From: Sphagnum compactum
Lineage: Eukaryota
Length of the DNA stretch: 64,000 bases
Assembly: GCA_965153455.1 (NCBI GenBank)
Contig: OZ234494.1
Location: forward strand, 248,001 to 312,000
Reading direction: 5' to 3'
Positions 25,330 to 39,024 of the stretch are shown piece after piece (positions within the stretch are counted from its first letter, which is position 1; each line of letters begins with the position of its first letter). The notes below the pieces were generated by a model that was not told where the DNA came from, made no database searches, and was given only the letters and a program-made list of their open reading frames with translations. Both the position numbers and the translations under genes were made by a program.

Positions 25330-25682
25330 CAATGCAATTGAACATTTTTGCATGGAATAACGAGCTTACAAAATATGTTAAGGATAGGCAACCTAAGAAG
25401 TTGATCTAGCTTTTCCAACAAATGCAACAAGAAAGAATGAGTCCCAATGAGTTCACTTTTGTTGAAGTGATAAAAGCATGTGCTGGTTTAGTAGCACCTG
25501 AAGATAGCAGGAATATTCATGAACAGATCATTCAAAGTGGTTGTGAGTCTAATGTCTTTGTGGGGTGTAACCTTGTTGACATGTACATGCAAAATATAGG
25601 AGCATGGAGGATGCTTGGAGAGTGTTCAACAAGATGCCATCTCCAGATTGGTCACTTGGACTGCCATAATATTGGAACATGT
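25330..25682 (+). pseudogene. PLS-class PPR gene fragment
   Basis: NIFAWN..., MQQERMSPNEFTFVEVIKACAGL...IHEQIIQSGCESNVFVGCNLVDMY; stop and frameshift. Confidence 0.8.
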
Positions 25683-26084
25683 TTTGATTTCTTAAATTAA
25701 AATGTGGGTCACTTTGTCACTATTTTCATCCTTTTAATGTGATCATTATAAAAGGGTTTTAATATAAGCCCAAAGGATGAAATTTCATACAATGGCATAT
25801 GTTGGCATTGTCAAAAATATATATTTTGTGTATGGATCATACAAACTTGTACAATCATAATAGCAACCACTGTCACCTCAAAGCCTTGAATTTTTAAACA
25901 TCTGGCATATACTACAAAACCATTTTTTTTTGGTTCAAAATTTCACACCTAAACCATAGAGAAAAGAATTTTCTTTCCTAAGATTCCTTTTTTTGGAAAA
26001 AGTTCACCAAATTTAAGAATTATCAAAAGGATTTCATCAAGATTCTACAACAAGTTTCAGTAAGTAGCCAAAAAATAAAACAGT

Positions 26085-28590
26085 CCTTAAATGTTGTGTT
26101 ATTATCATATTCTATGTTTAGCCAAATTTGGTCGTAGCAAGATATGAATGATTGCAACATGAGCTACATGCCAAATTTGAAAGTAAAATAAAATAGATCC
26201 CAAGTATGGGTGTTTGGAAACGGAATTTGTGTTGGATGTTTAAATTATGGAGTCTTTTGAAAAATATAGCTTGAAAGGATGGATGTTGTCTTATGATTGA
26301 TTTCATAATCCTTCTCCGTTTGCAAGTGCCTTAACCAAAAATTTTGCCCCAATGAATTGAGTACATTATAAAGCACCAAAAGAAGTTCTTTTCGGTGTAT
26401 TCATAGTCTACCTTATTCAATGGAATCTTTCCTTTGCAAAAACAAGAGGCATTTTGAAAAATGAAACACGCACTCTGGCAAAGATTTCACCTCCATTGAA
26501 AGGACATTTATTCATAATCATGGTTCTCAAAAACATCAAAAGACCTGGTGGTGATGAGTAACCATGGTTCTCAACAATTTAAAAATCAAATAACCGACTA
26601 TTGGTGAAACCATTGGGGGCTCCTTCATGAAAACTGCTGGTTCTTGAGTTTTTGAAATAACCCCGACCAACGGTTTCATTTAATTCTGATTTTTTCAAAG
26701 AATTGGAACCAATGGTTCTGTAATTCTGAAATACCACTAAATAACTGGAACTGACCGTATTTGGGAAATTTCAAAAAATTGATAGAACCTTTGGTCGGGT
26801 TTATGGACCTGGTTCTTCACATTTCAAGACTTCCAGTTCCTGGTTCTTTAAAAAATCAAAAATAAAAGCCTAGGTGAGTTGGGTTCCAAATCAGATCCAG
26901 TTCTACCTTCCTAAGCATTGGTCACTTTTTTTTAAATAATGAATTTTCGTCATTTTGTGAAGAATATTTATTAGAAAAAGAATACTCGGTCACAAATTCC
27001 TTGTTTTCTTGAAAACAAATCATCAGGAAGAAATTTAAGTTTTATTTAAAAATCACCACAATTGCCTACAATATGAAGGGGTGCATAAGATTTTCTACTT
27101 TCATATATTGAATATTACCAAATTTGGCTAAATATTGCTTATGCATGATTGCCACTTGAGCAACATAAAAAAAAAATCGGAAAAAATTACACTGATACTA
27201 TTCCAAAAGCTGCTACTAATCCCACCCCACCCCATCCTGAAGTTCATTATTCAGAAAAGTATATACCTGAATTTTTCTCCCCCAAACTAACAACATGTCT
27301 GACCCTAATTGGAAAAATTAAAAACTACAAAAATTAAAAAAATTAAAAAATTTTAATTTCAAAGAAAATGAAGAATCAGAACTGGTATGAAATGAGTTTT
27401 GGGGCCGCTTCCTGATTCCAAGTCTCATTCATTGGGTTTCTTTTGTTTTTTTTTTCCTTTTCAAAATTTAGAACTGGTGATGCAGGCACCCAATAATTCG
27501 CCCTGAGAAACAGAACTGACCAAAAAGTAAGAACCCGATAAATTTTACATTATTTATTTATTGGCTGTCTTGACCTAAAATATTATGTTCCAGTCATTTT
27601 ACCACTTTGGGTGGATATGCTCTAAACTGTCACACATGTGGGAGCCCAGCCCGCAACAGTTTAGCAGCAAATTGATACCTACATCATCTCATCTGGATTT
27701 GGAGCGGTCTACGCATACACAGATAATTAGGTTATTTGTTCAGGTTGGAGTACAAGTCAGTTTTTCAAGTGTTCTAATAATTTCCTGACTCATGTGTGGG
27801 GAAAAATGGCATCTTATTTTTTTGAAAATGATAGAAACTTGAGCTTCGCTGTACACTGTTGTTGGATGTACAATTGCTTGAGTCTTTGACAGGGCATACA
27901 AAGCTTTCTGTCTCAGGCAGGCTGCCTGGCTGGCTATATATGTGAAGGATACATGATGCCGTCATTTGTACTAAAGGTTATCTTTTGACTTGCTTTGGGC
28001 AAAGTCTTGTTTGGAACTGGTTTGCTTGCCCTTATGGTCATGCCAAGTTCCCTGCTGATGTAGATTGTTGCTGTCACAAACTTAGCAGTCTGCTAGATCA
28101 CCTGCATGCTCAGCATAGGTGCATGCTTCCCATGTCTGTTCTGTTTGTTCCAAGTGTGCAAACATGCTATGTAGCTCATGAAGAGCTATTAAGTTAATCA
28201 TAAAAAATTCTATTGCTGCCATTTCCCCCCCTCTGCACCACCACCGCCACCACACACACACATATGCAATGGCCCAGTTTGCATAGTCAGGTGGTAAGTA
28301 GCTCTTAAACCAGCCACCTCTGAATTGCATTTCTCCAAGGGCTGAAAATATGTGTATATCTTGACAATAAACTATAGTACTCAATAGTTGTAGTTCTTCA
28401 ATACCCAAAAATATGCTATATCTTGACAATCAAACTATAGTACCCAATTCAGTATAGTAAGTTTCAGTAGTTTAGTCAAGAATATCAAAGGATCCTTTTT
28501 TTTAAAAACTTCCATATTTGGTTTAGAGATAAATTTGGCTCATTTTCTTCTGGATGATCGCCTCTTTCAGTACATCACAAAACTGAGGTG
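26085..28590 (+). repeat. Three diverged copies of a short dispersed repeat (~26085-26180, ~27086-27170, ~28490-28585)
   Basis: Shared core tcatat...aaatttgg(c/t)...atgat(t/c)gc...ac(a)t; class unknown. Confidence 0.4.
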
Positions 28591-29246
28591 AATTTTTTTT
28601 TTAAACGTTGGTTTTTGGTTATCAATGTAATAGTTTTGAAAGTTTTACATAATTGTGATTCTAACTTAGAATATGGATATGCAAGAATTCTGCAATTTCT
28701 TCTAGTTATGACACTGTTCTCCTCAGGTGATGACTAGTGTTGTTACATTCAATTCTTTGATTCTAAATGAACCTTCAATCCTAGTTATGAGACTTTTTTA
28801 GTTTTGGATGGAACCTTTGGTCCGGTCATGACACCAGGCCTTTGGATTTCTAAAACTTTTAGGTCTGCTATTAACAAAATTGGAGTTACGTTTGGTTCCA
28901 ACAAAATGCTAGAAATCCAAAACCAATCGACATTGGTCATGAATACAATAATATTACGACTATGCAAGAATTGTACCCTTTCCTCCAGTTATGTGTTATG
29001 ATAGAAAATAATATCATGTGGCATGGACATGCAAGAACAGGATGCTTTGGTCAGTTTAGGCCACAGCAATCTTCACTCCTAAAGGGTGATCCAGAAAAGT
29101 GGCTATGTACTGAACCTGGAAGCAGCTCATTGGACCCATCTCATGATCCTTGAAGCCCTTCATCAGTAGAGTGTAACCTCGTTCGATCCCTTCCAAATAA
29201 TCCTTGAGGCCCTTAATTAGTTCAGTGTTCTACTTATTATGAAAGA

Positions 29247-30231
29247 CTAGTGGTAACCCGTGCCTGCAAGGCACGACACGGCGCTTCGCCTCTTCGTCGT
29301 CTCTTTGCGCTGTGTTGCACCCAAGCCTGATTGGACGGAATTACAAATACGTGATATTTTCATCCACATAATCATCCATTCAGAACTCCTAATTGGACGG
29401 AATTACAAATATAATGATATTTCATCCACATAATCATCCATTCAGAACCCCTCAGTGCATAGAATTATATAAATACATAATATTTCATCCACATCATCAA
29501 TCCATCCAGAACTCCTAATTAGATGGAACTCTAAATACGTAATATTTTCACCTGCATAATCATCCATCCAGAACTCCTAATTGGACGGAATTACAAATAC
29601 ATGATATTTCATCCAAATAAATCACCTAGTGGGTAACCCGTGCCTGCAAGGCACGACACGGCACTGGGAAAATAGTTTCATCCACATCATCAATCCATCC
29701 AGAACTCCTAATTAGATGGAACTCTAAATACGTAATATTTTCACCTGCATAATCATCCATCCAGAACTCCTAATTGGACGGAATTAAAAATACATAAATA
29801 TTTCATCCACATAATCAATCCATCCAAAACTCTAAGTGGACAAAACTACAAAATCTTTAATATTTCATCCACAAATCATTCCTCCTAATTGGACGGAACT
29901 ACAAATACATGATATCTCATCCTCATAACCACCCATCCAGAACTCTGAGCTCATTGGACGGAACTAAAAACGTATAATATTTCATCCACATAATCACAGA
30001 ACTGCCGGGTTCTCGTGCACAGAACTGCCGGGTTTCACGAAATCCCGGAAAAGAGGAGCCAGGCAGATTTTTGGGTGGTTATTTTACTTGGGATCTGGGT
30101 TTCAGGACCTCGACCAGACGGACGAACAGGCGGGTCCCGATCTGGGCTTCAGGACCTCGACAGACGGGCAAGACCTCGACTTTCAGGACCTCGACGGACG
30201 GACAGACAGACAAGGCACTTTATATATAAGA
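29247..30231 (-). mobile_element. Non-autonomous canonical Helitron (985 bp) with internal ~62-bp tandem repeats
   Basis: On the minus strand: 5' TCTTATATATAAAG, 3' hairpin cgtgcct-gca-aggcacg then CTAG, inserted at A|T; about 10 units of ctaattggacggaattacaaatac...catccagaactc. Confidence 0.9.
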
Positions 30232-31736
30232 TTGGAAGCAGTCGGAGATTTTTCCAATTGCTAGTTGGAATCCTGGCAATAAGAGATCAAGCTTTAAATT
30301 TTGCATCAAACCGTAGCATTCCACTAGTTCACAAGCCTGCTTAGGTTTTTGCTCAGACTGCATGAAGATGGTGTGTTGTTGAACCTGCAGTTGTACGAGC
30401 CATTTCATGGGGCATTTCATGGGTGATCCAGTTGTTTTGTAGCGTTGTTGTGTCCGTAGTACATACAAAAAACTGCATTCTACAAGCATTTGCCAAATCA
30501 TCCCAAGATAAATTTAGAGAAGAAAGATTTTGACTACAACTTCAAAACATAATTCCAAAGCAAATTCTCAATCATCAACTGTGTAATGTCTTTACTATCA
30601 AAGCTAAAAATCTTAGCATGAAAACAAGTCTTGGGTATTCTCATAAACCAACTTGCATTTACTGGGCGAACTGTCACTTGTAAATAATATCAGAACTCTC
30701 TGTACTCTGTTCTAATGCGTCTAGTGACCTCCAATATACTCTAACAGAGTGGAGATTGATAATTACACAAAACTGTACTAGCAAAAAAAATTACACAACC
30801 TTTTTGTGAATATCATGTGATGGGTAATAATATAATATTCTGAAAGGTTGCAGTTTCATCATGCCCAGAACAGGGATTTTAAAAGAAAATTCGTGATATA
30901 ATTTTTTTGGAAAATATTTCAAAATTAGTCAAATTTACACTACAAAAGACACATTTTTCCAGATTTTTCCAGATTTTTTGAATTGACAGCATTTTTCAGA
31001 AAAAAACACTGAGGTCACAGAAGCACTAATAATGGGTACTTGTTGTCCAGTGAATAACCTGTTGCATGTCAAAGTTGGCTGAGTGCTACTAAAAGTGGCT
31101 TGTGCCATTGAGCACATATCATAATATTGAATGAATTTTGAAAGGGAAAATTGCACACCGTTTTTGACCTCCGTGTGAAATCCAGTTTTTCATTAAATTT
31201 TTTTTAAAAAATTTATTGAATTTCATATGAGAAAATTTACTCAAAATTCAATGTCTCTCACCTCTTAAGTCTAGAAATCACTTCCATGCATCCCTGATCA
31301 TTGAGAGCTTTCCAAGAGTATAAATGGCACAAACTAATTTTCCTATAATATTTGATATTTAGTTTCAAATGATAAGACTATTCAAAACTCAATGACTCCT
31401 ATAGCATAGCTTTAAACATTATGAAACCACCCTGGTGCACTTGTGCTCATTTAGGGCTTTCCAATAGTACCAAAGAGCATTTATTTTTCTTTTAAGGGAG
31501 AGAGGGTTTGGAAGACTATTTGAGTTTTGGGGTTTTGTTTCTTACATGTTCCCAATAATGTTCTCCCTACAAGAACTTTGTGTTCATGTTTCCAACGTGT
31601 TCCCAATTTTATCCCATGGGCTTTGCCAAATGTTCCCTATGTGGTTCCCATGTTCTTCCCAATAACCCCACTTTTCATCCCATTTTTGCTTGTCCAAAGT
31701 CCTACTCTTTGTACGCCAAATGGAAAACTTGACTAA

Positions 31737-32069
31737 GAGTGACTTTAGAGGAGGGTCCAAGGTCCAGGGACCAATGAATTCAAGCAATCTTATTGGTCGA
31801 AAGCTTTAAATTGGTCCCAAGGCCTTTAGAAGAGGGTCCAAGACGAAAAAGTGGCAATTTGAGGCTAGACCTACATGGCACCTGTTTTGGAGGCAAAATC
31901 AGTTGGTTTGGACCGAAAAACAGTGCTTAAAGGAGAGCTCCTGATTTGGAGAACCAAGAATTAGGCTAGAGACCAAGGTACAGTCCAACTCAAGGATTCA
32001 ATTTGCTTCCAATGAGTCCAAATTGGTTCTTACGAAATTGGACCCTGGACGCTCGCCTAAAGTGGGCCA
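31737..32069. mobile_element. MITE, probably PIF/Harbinger-like
   Basis: Imperfect TIRs ctttagaggagggtccaaggtcca / tggaccctggacgctcgcctaaag (20/24), flanked by TAA (taagagt on both sides). Confidence 0.55.
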
Positions 32070-34358
32070 TAAGAGTTTTGAAACATTTTTTTGTAAAGGG
32101 CCACCCAATCAACAAGCCCTGTCACAAAAGAAAAGGTTTTGAACTTTGAATGCGCCCACAAGCAATAACATTATACCCTACTCTTGAAAGAGCCCAATTT
32201 TACTACTGGAATCTTTTTAGTACAACTAGTACTGCCTGGTGTTGCTGTTTTGGCGTGTGGGCTCCTCAACTGACAGTAAGTACATCAAACTCTTATCAAC
32301 CTATGGCTGCAGCTCCAGTATGCCTTTTAAGTTACCCTTTAGACATTTGGGGGCTTGGAAGCATGACAGAGAGGAGAAACTACATGATTGTTGTATAATA
32401 TTTTTTAAACATATAATGTGCAGTGCAGTATCACAACAAGGTGACTAATAATTTTCTTTTTTTTGTCATTAACATTTGACAGTAGAAAATAAATAAGTAA
32501 AGGAAAAAAACAAGAGAAAGAAAACGAAAGGATTGAAGTCCAAACAGAAGACCAAGCTCGAAAGTGCAGAATACGCAATGGGACCCCTAAGAGAGAAAAG
32601 CATGGAACTTAGGATTTAAACCCATCACAAGTAGCTCGAAGCAAGTCGCACAAAGAGATGGGCAAAAAACCTGGAAGGACACCAAGCCTAGAAGAGGCCT
32701 CTCTTACTGCTACAACTGCCCACCGCAAGATGGTGGCAGCCTGAACTCTCTGAAGAGGTATATTTTACAAAATAATGAAAAGTGTGTGCTTGAAAGTTTC
32801 TTTCAGAATTTCAGCATGGCAAGCAACTATATTTTTCAGTTTCTTTTACAATTTAAAAAATAGTTAATTACTGCCTAATTAACCAGGCTAAGTATTCCTT
32901 GATGCATAGAGTAAAGAACTTGGGTGGCCCAGGCATTCCCAAAAATATGGGGCTTAGGACAAGGTAAATGTCTCTCATCAGGCCCCCACATTTTGGAATG
33001 TTCTTCACTCGCCCATAAGCTTACACATAGTAAAGCTCGTAAAGCACAAGCTGTAAGTAATGCATTCCAAGGTTTCTTTCTTTGTATGTGAAAAAGTTTT
33101 GTGCTTTACACTAGGAAGGCTTGCTACCACAGGCCTCCCCTAATTTTTGGGCCTAAAACCGAAGGCTGTAGCATCAAATTGGAGCAGGCCTTCCCAGATC
33201 AGGAGTAATCCCCTGTCCAGAAATCAATTCAAGGTTTTTTTCCTTTGTATTTAAAAGCACCTTCCCCACATGGACAATTCATTCATCACTTGAAGGACCC
33301 TGTCACTAATCACATGTAAACCTTCCACCATTCACATAGAAAACCTTTTGTGCGTAATGCTGAGGAAAACCACCTCCATGGGTGTCCCCTAATTTTCAAG
33401 CCTACGCCCACAGGCTATTGCACTCCTCAAATTAGGGGAGTCCAATGGGAGTTGCAACCCTTCCCCTATATATTATCATGAACCTAAACGTTGGTAGAGC
33501 ATGAGGTGTATGAGAGTAGTGAGGTGTATGAGAGTAGGGTTCTTACACCTACTCCTTAACCTTTAAACATCAGGGTGAACCATTTTGGTCCACTTTCCCT
33601 TGGGATTTCAAAACCCGTGATGTTTAGGGGTTACGAATGTCATGGATCTTATTGTAGGTAGAATAAAAGCCCTCCTCTTTTGTAGGGAGGGGTAGTAATT
33701 ATAGATATAAGGTGCCTTCCAAGTACCTTAGGAAATGTCCTCCCATCAAGTTCAGCTCTTGGATACGAGAAGAGAAGCAGATGATGATCTTGGGTGGTGG
33801 TGGTGATGGTAGGTTTTGTAGAAATCTAGATGAAAGCTTTGCCATGTTCTTTATCAGTATGTGGCCTCGGTACTGCCAATAGCTTGTCAGTTGGGTTGGT
33901 AGCTTATCAGTTGAGTCTGCTGTTGTGTCTGTTAGGGGAAAATAATTTTAAAAAAAAATTCTGAGAGTTGATTGTGGATTCCAATTGCATACTTTTGCAG
34001 GATACTAGCAGGAAGAATCAGATTTAGAAGAGCAGCAGAAGATTCAGTCTATAGTGCAGAATGAAGCAGATGGAGATTGTTGGTTTTTGTGTATAGGATA
34101 ATTTATTAAGTCTATGAAGAAGGTAGACTAGCTTCAGATGATCACAAAGAGCGAGAGAACCTCTGCTGCAGCAGCAGCTGTTGTTGTCATCACTGGACAA
34201 CACAACAACAACTCTGTGCAGGGAGCCTGGGAGGGAGGGAGGGAGGGAGGAAGGTGGAAGCTCATCTGCAAGGGTGGTGCAGTAGCCAAGTTCCTGCCAG
34301 CCACAACAAATCTAATTTGGCAACAAGGATTTTGAGCCTGCAGCAAGAATTCTAGGGA

Positions 34359-35983
34359 ATGGAAAGAAGGGATGATTGTTTGAGTTGGGAAGAAGGATTG
34401 ATTGTGAATAATTCTGCTAGTGCAGATGCAGTGATCATGGATATTGAAGCTGCAGTTGCAGCAGCAGCAGCTTGCAGTACTATGGAGAATCATAATAATA
34501 TGCTGCAGGAGGAGGAGGAGGAGGAGGAGGAGGAGGAGCACAACATTGATATTCTGCATGATGATTCAGATGCTGCGAGAAGACTTAGACTAGTTCCTAA
34601 TATCGAGAAGCTTTCGGTGGACAATTTGCTGCAGAAGTGGGTGGGCGAGTGTGGAAGAGCTCAGCTGGCACTTTGTGTTGGTTAGCTTGGCTTGGACTAT
34701 TCATGGCCTTCAGACCTTTGCTATGGTGTTTGCTGATCTTCCTGGCAGTGTCGTTCATCTCCCTCTCAATCTCTCACCTCTGCAAGCACCAGCTTCTCCA
34801 ATGCAGCTCTCAACATTACAGCTACAGGTGATGATAGATCATCACAAGAACTCTGGACCTCCCCACTGCACCATCGCTAGCTCCTCGACATGATCTGATC
34901 TGCAAGCTTCTTGATCACAGTGCAGAATTTTACAGCTAGCTAGCTAGACTTTGTTCTTGAAGTAGTACTACTGCTGCTGCTGCTTGATCCTTCTTGCAAT
35001 TGTAGGCTAGAAGAATCGCAGCTGCAGATCATGGATCATGCGTGATGGGATTTTGGGTCGACTTCCTCATGCAGGTTTTGTAGCAAATCTGCATCAAGCT
35101 CCAGGAGCAGCTGCTGCTGCATCTGCTACAAGATTTTCTGGTACGCTTTTGGATGTGATGAAATGCTCAGGAACACGCAAGAGAATGCTCGTCATGGTGG
35201 CGATCTGGCTCAACTGCGCTATAGTCTACTACGGGATCAATCTCAACGTCGTCAACATCGGCTTCGACTTGTATCTAAGCGTCTTCACCAACGGCTTGGT
35301 GGAGCTTCCTGCATACGCCATCACAGCTTTGCTTCCACAAAGACTTGGCAGACGGAACCTGCTCGTCGCATCCATGCTCTTGCCTGGCGTTTGTTGTATC
35401 ATGGGAAGCTTACTCTCTGTCCATGAGCAGCTGCAAGTAGTCTCCCATGCAAACAACCTTGAAGGGACTCCTGCAGCTTCTGCTAGATTCGGATCACCTG
35501 AGTCCAAGACTTTCTCGCAGTCTAGGATGGAAGATGTTAGCAAGTTCTTTCTTTGCTGCGATTGTTGAATCAATTGGTCGCTTATACAGTTACGACCAGA
35601 GCAGCAATTCTTTATTTTCTTCTTCTTCTTCTTCTTCTTCTTCTTGGACTCTGAACTGGGTGGGTCTTGCTCGGATTCTTTGTGGGGTGATTGGGATCTT
35701 CGGCATAGCTGGAGCTTACAACCTCGTCTACATCTACACTTTGGAGTTGTTTCCCACTGTGGTGCGAAATGCAGCTCTAGGGTTGGCGACCCAAGCAGGA
35801 GGGATAGGAGCTGTGATTGCTCCCACAATTGTTGCTCTGGATCACTACAACTCCGCCATTCCTTTCGGCCTCTTTGCAGCTGTTGCTCTTGTGGGTGCTT
35901 TGGTGGCCTCGTGGCTTCCTGAAACTCTCAACCAACCTCTGTGGCAGACTCTGCAAGGCATGGAAAATGCCAGCACTTTGTAA
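34359..35983 (+). pseudogene. Organic cation/carnitine transporter (MFS, OCT-like), frameshifted and apparently lacking central TM helices
   Basis: N-terminal LSVDNLLQKWVGECGRAQL/HFVLVSLAW..QTFAMVFAD; C-half VYYGINLNV, VELPAY, RLGRR, YTLELFPTVVRNAALG, LPET. Frame changes near 34668 and 35550. Confidence 0.8.
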
Positions 35984-38900
35984 CTCTACTCTGGTGTAGA
36001 AGGGGGAACATAACCTACCCACCCACCAACACAACCCACCACCCACACAACCTACCCACACTACCCACCCGCATGTAATGAAGAGTAAACTCTCCTTCTT
36101 TTCTTAGCAAAACCCATTTTTGGTTGCCTCTTCTTCTACTTACTTCATAAACAACAACAACAATGCACAATGCCTCATAAGAACTATATTTTACATTTGT
36201 TTTGTTGTTAAGCCAAAAGGTAAACATTTCAAATTTCAACCTCCTTCACTTGGTTTGCACCAATATCCACATGATTTTTGGGTAACTAATAAACATTAAT
36301 TTTTTCCACAAGAGGTGTCAATCTTGAAGAACTTTTTTTTATTTTGCCTATTTGAAAAAGCTACAAGTGTGCAAATGTGTTTTTGGTGGGGCCATGAAAA
36401 TTTCTTAAATCTAATGCTATAAACACAAAATCATAACTGGAATTCAAAGATGATGACACAAAAAGGATGTGTTATAAAAATCATTCTTTCTTAATTCTAC
36501 CTTGCTCTTAAACCTTAATTATTAAGCTTAATCCACACTCCCTGGGTGCAATTGTGGAAAAGGCAATTTTTTTTTTAAAGGTTACATTTGGATAAATTGT
36601 TTAATCACATATAAGATATACATTGTTAGATTAGGATGCAATTCAAATATATATTTTATGATCTATGTTGGGGTTTTTTGTTTTGGATTGCTTACAATTG
36701 AAGTCACACAAAATTGCCATTTAAATATTAAGTCTAATTTTGCCGCTACTGAAAACTTCAAAAACTTAGGCCACATCTTGCCCAAATAAGGACCTAATAG
36801 GTCTTACATAAGAGCTAACATCAAAATCATTCACAATAAAAAAACTAACCAAAGAAACTAGTTTTTCAACCCTAAACTCTAAAAACCTTACAAAACTACT
36901 TTGGTAAAAACCTTGATTATCATTTTTCATTGTTTTTTTAGCAATAGAGAAATCTATCAAATCACCTTGTTTTTAACCTCATTTTCATCCTTTATCCATG
37001 ATTCATCCCCAAGTGATGGTTATCTATAAGGTGTGCAAAATTTGGAAAAAACCAAAAAAACAAAATCAAGGACAAAGTTCAAATGATTTCAAAGGTAGGT
37101 TTTTTTTCTAAAACATAAAAAGAATGCATGGTATTTAACTTTTTCATGTGTTAATTTTTGTATTTCAACATGTGTTTTGACCTTTTGTTTGAATAACTTT
37201 ACATATTTATCTAATATGAATACTATGATAACATCTTGGCAAGTCCAATGAAAAAATGTTGAAAATTATTTCATTTGGAAGACTTTACTCTTGGAAATAA
37301 AATATTACAAATTCTTCCAAAAGATTTTTAAAAATTCCTTCACAAAAAAATTTCCTTTGAATTTTTTTTTGGGATGAAAAATTTGAAAATATGAAAATAT
37401 AAGATAATTCATGTGACTTGGCACAACTTGCTAGTGTAGCTAGACTAAAATCAGGTTCTTCAAATTTCATTATTTAGCATTTCCCGAGTCAAATAGAGTC
37501 AATAAAAGAGGCACCACTCAAGAAGGGGAAGGTAGGTACCTACCAGAGTAGGTACCTGGTTCAGCATGGCCCTCCCTTGCCATCTGGTACTGCATTATTT
37601 AAAGTAGATTAGAAAATAGGTAAGAAGGTAGATAGGTAGGTAGTAGCTAGCTAGCTAGCGGGGCACATGATAGGTACATAATGAACTACCCTTTGTATCC
37701 GTGGGTTGACCCCAGGAACCAGCGGGGGACCGGCCATTACCGACGACGACCTGGGCTGCCTGTTACTTCTGCGTTGCTGCTGGCTGGCTCGTTGGCTATG
37801 GCGTGTTGTTTCCCCCGTTGGCACGCTTCGCTTCTTCCGCGCCGCGTTTGTGTCTTTCCCCTGGGATTCGTCTTTCTATGCTACGGGGAGCTTCGGGCGG
37901 AAATGCGTGAAGGTTCGACTCAGGCAGTGGAGCTAGGTACGTTTTTCTTCTTCTCTTTTCTTTTTTCTCTTTTTTTTGTTTTTGGGACCTTTTCTATCCA
38001 CGCCAAGTCGAATACAGTGCGGAATACTGCAGGAGATCAGAAACAGCACGACAGAGAGAGAAAGAGAGAGAAGTGACAGTAAGAAGAGTCTTCGACAAGG
38101 TGAAGAGAAGTCTTAGTTTGTATACCTAGTCGGGAATGGATTTACAAAGAAGCAAGCTGAAGCAAGAAAAATATATGCATAGTTTTGGGGGATGTACGTA
38201 TGTATGTCTTTTGCAAAAACTAGAGTGAGTGAGTGAGGGTTCGATTTCAAATTTTTTTTTTGTTGGTTTTTGTGCGCCAGAATCAAAGGTACTCTGTGTC
38301 GGGGCAAGCTAAGCTAGTAAGCCGCACTGCCTGGGAGATTCGAAGCATTATAGAAAGGTATGACACTGCTTGCTTATAGAATGCACAGATCGCTAGCAGA
38401 TCACTACAGAAATCCAGAAGGAAATAGGAGTGTGAAGGCATAGAGAGATTTGGAGATACAGAAAGTATGTGTATGTGTGTGTGTGTATTTTTGCATGGTC
38501 TTTTTAGTAGGATTGGAGGAACAAGCTAGATGTTTTTCTAGTGTGTTAGGAGCAGAGTATAGCCGGATGTTTGTACAATTAGTGAGCATGCTTGTTAATT
38601 GAACTTCAGACCAAAAGAGATGAAGCATGGTAGTCTATTTTGGTAACAAGTGAACACAAAAAGTGAACACAAAAAAAGGCAAGGTTAAGAATGAGATTGA
38701 AGTCTTAGTAGCTCAGAGAGGAGGAAGAAGTGGTTGTAAAAGTGGGAACCATCTTTTGTGTATGGTGGTGGCAAGAGGAATTTCAAGTGATAGAATATAT
38801 CTAAAACCTACAATGAAATTGTTTTGGCCACGATCAAGGTAAACTAAAAGAATCTCTATGTCAATCAAGCTTTGAGAGAGAGGGGGGGGGTTATGAGGAA

Positions 38901-39024
38901 AGTGCATGATTTTTTAACATTTTAATGTACCTTAACATGTGTAAAAACAAAAAGGGTGGGAACAGATCCAAACTCAAATGGAGTAAATTAGCAAGGACCT
39001 CAAAAGGCTTCAAAAGTAGTAGAA

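Larger units (their letters stand above)
1..25682 (+). repeat. Left copy (A) of a direct segmental duplication, interrupted by TEs and deletions
   Basis: Colinear near-identical blocks: 1-240=47517-47751; 307-1493=50929-52116; 16284-17223=56461-57452; 22800-23092=57452-57745; 23090-25170=58166-60250; 25169-25682=62335-62848. Matching ORF pairs such as 692-892/51314-51514 confirm this. Confidence 0.95.

Noticed and set aside
29010-29125. RING-finger-like scraps (CGMDMQEQDALVSL...EKWLC)
   Set aside because: Most metal ligands are missing and the frames are broken; too weak.
37681-38100. 131-aa ORF upstream of the LRR gene as a separate protein
   Set aside because: Contains splice-like sites (GT at 37937, AG near 38031) and a pyrimidine tract; more likely 5' UTR exons and introns.
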